From contig CBDDKY010000003.1 in the NCBI GenBank assembly GCA_965230455.1, forward strand, positions 196,039 to 260,038: DNA of 64,000 bases. Reading direction: 5' to 3'. A model generated the notes under the pieces. That model saw only the letters and a list, made by a program, of their open reading frames with translations, was not told the origin of the DNA and made no database searches. Source of the DNA: Gammaproteobacteria bacterium (GTDB lineage Bacteria; Pseudomonadota; Gammaproteobacteria; CBDDKY01). The stretch's first letter is position 1. Each line of letters begins with the position of its first letter. The translations under genes were made by a program, and so were the position numbers. Shown here piece after piece: positions 59,606 to 64,000 of this stretch.

Positions 59606-60655
59606 CTATTCCATCATCATGCGTTGCAACTGTTCTATCACGTTCTGCGGTCCCACTGTTGTAAAACAAGCCGGAAAAACATCAGTCTCGCCTTTATAGG
59701 TACAATGCCTAGAACCACAAGGCGCACAGGGAAAATCAGCCACTAACGCATGTGACCGCTCTCCTGCCGGTTTTAGCCGATACGGATCCGTAGCTCCCCA
59801 GAGCATGAGCTGAGGCCTATTAAAAGCACCGGCCAAATGCCCAAGTCCTGTATCCACGGACACAACGGCCTGACTATGTGCTATTAATGCGGCAAGTTCT
59901 GCCAACGACATGGCGGGCAATACTGCAATATCCTGATGGGTTTTAGCAATCCGTTGAGCACGCTCATACTCTTCACTATTTCCCCAAGGTAACTTAACCT
60001 GCAAACCTTGCGTACAGCACCACGTTGCTAATTCACGCCAATAGGCCTCGGGCCAGCATTTAGTCTGCCAAGCACTACCATGAAAAAACAAGACATATTT
60101 TTTTTCAGTAGAAACCTGGGGTAGGCGCGACGTATCCAAACCATAATTGGCTGGACTTTGCGGCTTTTCATAACCCATAACCTGACTCAACAAAAAGCGC
60201 CCACGCTCAGCCACGTGAATATTGTAATCGATAGCATACTGCTGCTGATAGAAAATACTGGCATTACCATCACGAGCAGAACATCTATCAAAACCACAAC
60301 GACGCCCTTTAGCCAACAAGCTCACCAGGCCACTTTTGATCAAGCCTTGTATATCAATAATGTAATCATACGTTTCGGCACGCAGCGCCTGCCAAAAAGC
60401 CCTTATTTCCCCTTGAGACACCCCCTGCCATGGATGACGCCGCCAACGACGCAAAGCAATAGGGATAACCCTTTGGACAAAAGGATGCCACGATGGAATT
60501 TCTGTAAAAGCTTCTTCTACCACCCAATGTAAGGTAACCTCGGGACACGCGGCTTGCAAATCCGTAATGGCAGGCAAACTGTGAACCACATCCCCAAGGG
60601 AAGATAGACGTACTAAGAGGACTTTCAACGAATTAACATACTGCGGACCAAACAC
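59606..60655 (-). CDS. waaC: Lipopolysaccharide heptosyltransferase I
   Basis: VLLVRLSSLGDVVH..P, WVVEE.F, DIQGLIKS, K.WPE..W, VDTGLGHLA. Confidence 0.88.
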   Translation of the reverse strand: MFGPQYVNSLKVLLVRLSSLGDVVHSLPAITDLQAACPEVTLHWVVEEAFTEIPSWHPFVQRVIPIALRRWRRHPWQGVSQGEIRAFWQALRAETYDYIIDIQGLIKSGLVSLLAKGRRCGFDRCSARDGNASIFYQQQYAIDYNIHVAERGRFLLSQVMGYEKPQSPANYGLDTSRLPQVSTEKKYVLFFHGSAWQTKCWPEAYWRELATWCCTQGLQVKLPWGNSEEYERAQRIAKTHQDIAVLPAMSLAELAALIAHSQAVVSVDTGLGHLAGAFNRPQLMLWGATDPYRLKPAGERSHALVADFPCAPCGSRHCTYKGETDVFPACFTTVGPQNVIEQLQRMMME

Positions 60656-60760
60656 CCATGATATAGCGCGCCCAAGACTTATTCAAGCTCAAGGTTTTCA
60701 GGCGACTGCAGCTGAAAAAAACAGGTCTGATTGTTTTTTGGCCATTCCTTATTGTATAAT

Positions 60761-60937
60761 CCTAAATTCCGTAGTTGAAATCTACTGCGGCCGTCTAACT
60801 CACCGAATCTAAAGGATTTTTTTCCGTCTTTTTTATTCACCGTATGGGTGATACGCCTTCACAAAAAAGACGGAAAAAAATCCTTTATCTTCAGCGACTT
60901 AGTCAGCCTCGCGACGATTTCAACTGCGGAATTTAGG
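60761..60937. mobile_element. MITE family A' (variant stem and ends)
   Basis: 177 bp, CCTAAATTCCG..CGGAATTTAGG ends, ATAAT target duplication. Confidence 0.92.
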
Positions 60938-60970
60938 ATAATGAAGCTTTTCATCTTCTGGAGTCTTCCC

Positions 60971-62032
60971 ATGCCTTTTGCTGAAAAAGAACAAAAAAAA
61001 TCGCCAAGTGCTCTTATTATCAATTTATCCTTATTAGTCAATACAGATACAAACCGCTCAATACAGCGCTTTAACGCGCTTGCAGACTTACTACCCGAAG
61101 GCACAGAACCCAGTTGCACTCAGTCATTGAGAAACACTCTCTGGATAATTTACCAATACGCGACAAATGCTCGCCAAGAAGCTCTGCGTATGATTCCTGG
61201 CGCAAAAATGCTGCTAGGTCCCTGTGCAGGCCAAGGCATCATTGATAAATACAAATGTGGAAAAATCTCCACTGACGATTTTTTAGAGCAAATAGGGGAA
61301 ACTTTTTCCCATCTCGACAAAGTTTCTAAGGGCAAGCTAACAACCTTATGGACAAAATGGAAAAAAAAAGACGGCACTGCTGAAGCTGAGCGCCATGAGC
61401 CTCCCACTGAAAAAAGCGCACTCATTAAAGATTTATTCACCCTGGCCTGGAATGCCGTCAGTGAGGTGGACGACAACAGTATTAAGTGCTTGCAAGCCCT
61501 TATTGAACAACATCCTAATAAACCTATTATCTTCATTTCAAACAGCAATCAGTTAAATATTGAGAAAATTGTTAGCCAACTCCGTCAGAAAATTAAAACC
61601 TCTGATAACCTATCGGAAAAAATTATCATTAACCCAGACATGGACACCAGCTATGTGACAGAGGGTGTTCGCCAATATAACAACAAAGCTACCGAAGTTA
61701 ATGGGCTAGAACAGCTTCCTGGCATTGCTGACTTCGCTGTACATAACGTTGAACATATCTTTTTCTATGCTTCCTATAAAGCAGGCATGTTTAAGGCGGA
61801 TAAAACCTCGCCCCTTAACACCTTTTTTTCCTATGGTACGCCGGGGTTGGTGGGTGCACTTGCAACTGTCGCTAAAGAAGATGAGCGCCTAAAAAATGCA
61901 ACAATACTGTCGCAATTTGGTGGCGATATCACTTGCGCTAAAAAATACTTCCCTGATGCCCACTGCGAAAAGGTTACGGACTTGAGCGAATACTTAAACC
62001 TGCAAGCGATGCCGGCCTTAGTCTATCAATAA
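60971..62032 (+). CDS. Hypothetical protein with a degenerate HAD-like fold, effector-like; ORF track start 60848 lies inside the MITE
   Basis: IIFISNSN (HAD motif II-like), FYASYKAG.FK; motif I Asp replaced (INLSLLV). Confidence 0.55.
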   Translation: MPFAEKEQKKSPSALIINLSLLVNTDTNRSIQRFNALADLLPEGTEPSCTQSLRNTLWIIYQYATNARQEALRMIPGAKMLLGPCAGQGIIDKYKCGKISTDDFLEQIGETFSHLDKVSKGKLTTLWTKWKKKDGTAEAERHEPPTEKSALIKDLFTLAWNAVSEVDDNSIKCLQALIEQHPNKPIIFISNSNQLNIEKIVSQLRQKIKTSDNLSEKIIINPDMDTSYVTEGVRQYNNKATEVNGLEQLPGIADFAVHNVEHIFFYASYKAGMFKADKTSPLNTFFSYGTPGLVGALATVAKEDERLKNATILSQFGGDITCAKKYFPDAHCEKVTDLSEYLNLQAMPALVYQ

Positions 62033-62034
62033 AC

Positions 62035-62856
62035 TTATCCCGGCTTTCTGGGCAGTGGTTCAACCTTAGGCGGTGCCCAATTCGCTTCCAATTCATAGAG
62101 CTTGGCATAACGATAAAAAGAACTTTCAAAGGCACCCAGGGCAATAACAAAACCAGCCCAGCCGTCTAGTATGCCTTTTTTGAGGATAAGATGCTTGAAA
62201 AAAGACCACAAACCATGCCCCAATGCACCACACATGGATGGTTTGTGGTTTTTAGCTTTAAGCTTTTCAACCATCAACGTGGAATAACGATTTTGCTTCG
62301 CCACCACTTCTTCTAGATGACGAAAAGGGAATTGCCAAATAGCGTGTTCGAGCTTACCCAGGCGTTTACCCGGCACCAGCTCAAAACCCTCATGCACAGA
62401 CTCTTGCGTATACTTCATCGCACCTTTGCGAAAAAACTGCGGTTGCCTGAAATTCGGGTACCAACCGCTGTGCTTAATCCAGCGTCCCATGAAAAAGTTA
62501 CGCCGTGGCACATGATAGGCATCATAGGACTCAGATTGTCTGGCAATGGCCAACATTTCATCACGCACCTCGGCGGTACAACGCTCATCGGCATCCAGGC
62601 TAAAAATCCAAGGATACTGACAGTGTTCCAGGGCATCATTACGTAACTGGCCAAATCCACTGAAAGGAATTTGTACAACACGGGCCCCCAAAGATTCCGC
62701 CAACGCCACCATCCCATCGGTACTGCCCGAATCCGCCACAATAATTTCATCGGCCCAAAGCACACTGTTTATACAGCCGACAATTTTCTCAACTTCGTTA
62801 TAAGCAATAATATAAGCAGAAATTTTTTCCATGGGATACTCTAATTCGGTCAACAA
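62035..62856 (-). CDS. Glycosyltransferase family 2 (WaaE/KdtX-like); start probably 62832
   Basis: ISAYIIAYNE, DSGSTDG, SLDADER, VHE. Confidence 0.92.
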   Translation of the reverse strand: MLTELEYPMEKISAYIIAYNEVEKIVGCINSVLWADEIIVADSGSTDGMVALAESLGARVVQIPFSGFGQLRNDALEHCQYPWIFSLDADERCTAEVRDEMLAIARQSESYDAYHVPRRNFFMGRWIKHSGWYPNFRQPQFFRKGAMKYTQESVHEGFELVPGKRLGKLEHAIWQFPFRHLEEVVAKQNRYSTLMVEKLKAKNHKPSMCGALGHGLWSFFKHLILKKGILDGWAGFVIALGAFESSFYRYAKLYELEANWAPPKVEPLPRKPG

Positions 62857-62990
62857 TAGCCAGCATTTTAGTGAGGCTGGGCCCTTTTAGCAAACTTACC
62901 CTAAAACCCACCCGATATACCCAATTAACGTGAAGATGCTTGTTTGAGCATTCCATCAAATGAGCATCTTTAGCCGTTTTTCCACAGAAC

Positions 62991-63998
62991 CTAAATACCA
63001 AAACCAAGCTGTGGCTGTGGTTCTGTGTCCTCTGCTGACACAGCAGGAAATGAAAAAATAGAGCTAAACATTTGCTTTGCACTTGAAAAATAGTCTATTT
63101 GGTACTTGGCGAAGGCTTCGGTTAAGGCATTAAGCAGGGGGTCATACGCAGCAACCCCCAAACCTAGTTGTTTCATATAACTTTTAAAATTATTACTGTT
63201 ATTATCGACTTCTCGCAACACAAACCGCAAGTTATGTTCCGATAGGCTCTCCAGAAGCAGTGCTTCCGCAGGTTCATTCTCGAAAACCTGTGCCATCAAT
63301 AATAAAACAGCCAGATAAGTCGCTTCAACACTCGTCGATATGTCTTGGTGAAGAGGAGACAAATTCTGATAAATAGCTGCTAGTACTTTTTTATCCTGCA
63401 CCTGTTCGATTAAGTAACAAGCCACTTCTAAAGCTTGATTCGACAGTTGGGAGGGTCGATTATAGTCTTTTGGATGCGAAAAAATATTAACGCTTTTCAG
63501 TAAAATGGGCACACAATCTAAACTATTTACTTGCACTGCAAACTGAGTCCATCCTAACAGAATAACGGCAAACTCATCATTTTTTTTCTGGCTATTACGC
63601 TGCCATTGCTCGTCAAGCAGCGACGGATTCAAAAGCCGCCCAACAAGCTCTGGGCGATTAAAACTAATGGCATCCCGCATGGTGATATCCACTAAATTAA
63701 TTTCACTACGCATTGATACAAGGTAAACAGTAGCTGGTGTTCGGAAGTGGGCAGCAAAAATTTTCTCGGTACGATGATAAATCATTTTAAGAAAATGACC
63801 GGTAGGGTCATTCTCCCGAAGCACATGGGTTTCATAAATTAATAATACGCGTTCCCAGAAAAATTCTCGCTCATCCAAAGACCAAGCATGATTAATAACT
63901 TCAAGCTGCTTACCATATTCAACAAGACAGCTTTTCGCCTGATGAATAATAATTTGTTCTAATAATTGTTGTAAAACAAAAGGGCCTTCTGCTGCAAC
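62991..63998 (-). CDS. Hypothetical protein running off the window end, ankyrin-like helical repeats, effector-like
   Basis: Frame is open from 63878 to the window edge; AISFNRPELVGRLL and FAVQVNSLDCVPILL. Confidence 0.55.
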   Translation of the reverse strand, partial: VAAEGPFVLQQLLEQIIIHQAKSCLVEYGKQLEVINHAWSLDEREFFWERVLLIYETHVLRENDPTGHFLKMIYHRTEKIFAAHFRTPATVYLVSMRSEINLVDITMRDAISFNRPELVGRLLNPSLLDEQWQRNSQKKNDEFAVILLGWTQFAVQVNSLDCVPILLKSVNIFSHPKDYNRPSQLSNQALEVACYLIEQVQDKKVLAAIYQNLSPLHQDISTSVEATYLAVLLLMAQVFENEPAEALLLESLSEHNLRFVLREVDNNSNNFKSYMKQLGLGVAAYDPLLNALTEAFAKYQIDYFSSAKQMFSSIFSFPAVSAEDTEPQPQLGFGI

Positions 63999-64000
63999 CA

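Noticed and set aside
388-62765. Numerous short antisense or alternate-frame ORFs overlapping recognised genes
   Set aside because: Shadow ORFs with no motifs or SD support

Overview
A 64-kb chromosomal segment of a gammaproteobacterium with a Legionellales/Coxiellaceae-like gene complement (inferred from gene content, not from a search). The housekeeping backbone includes efp-epmA, ugpQ-glpD, pepP-pdxB-ubiH-ubiI, ubiE, dsbB, folB, ftsEX, coq7, trkA and waaC. Interspersed are orphan effector-like ORFs: a eukaryotic-type Ser/Thr kinase, a small membrane protein ending in a lysosomal-type dileucine motif, a pseudo-HAD protein and an ankyrin-like protein. Main points: (1) a self-contained type VI-like operon hcp-tssJ-tssK-tssL-tssM with no sheath, wedge, VgrG or ClpV genes; (2) a bufferin-like RiPP cluster (DUF2282-DUF2063-DoxX) lacking its DUF692 enzyme and preceded by a degenerate heme-oxygenase-fold gene; (3) an AT-rich accessory island at about 36-48 kb with a BLUF protein, two histidine kinases, a response regulator, a GNAT/LuxI-FeeM-like acyltransferase paired with a divergent SAH-hydrolase-like enzyme, intact IS701 and IS630 elements, a group II intron D5/D6 remnant and a serine recombinase remnant; (4) a dense, nested population of MITEs. 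Two families share CCTAAA ends, palindromic 5-bp target duplications and covarying hairpins; a third has GGGTCTGTTGAC ends; there is also a REP/BIME-like array; (5) a DnaA-box cluster between folB and ftsX. No rRNA, tRNA or CRISPR array was seen. All protein assignments come from motif recognition by eye.
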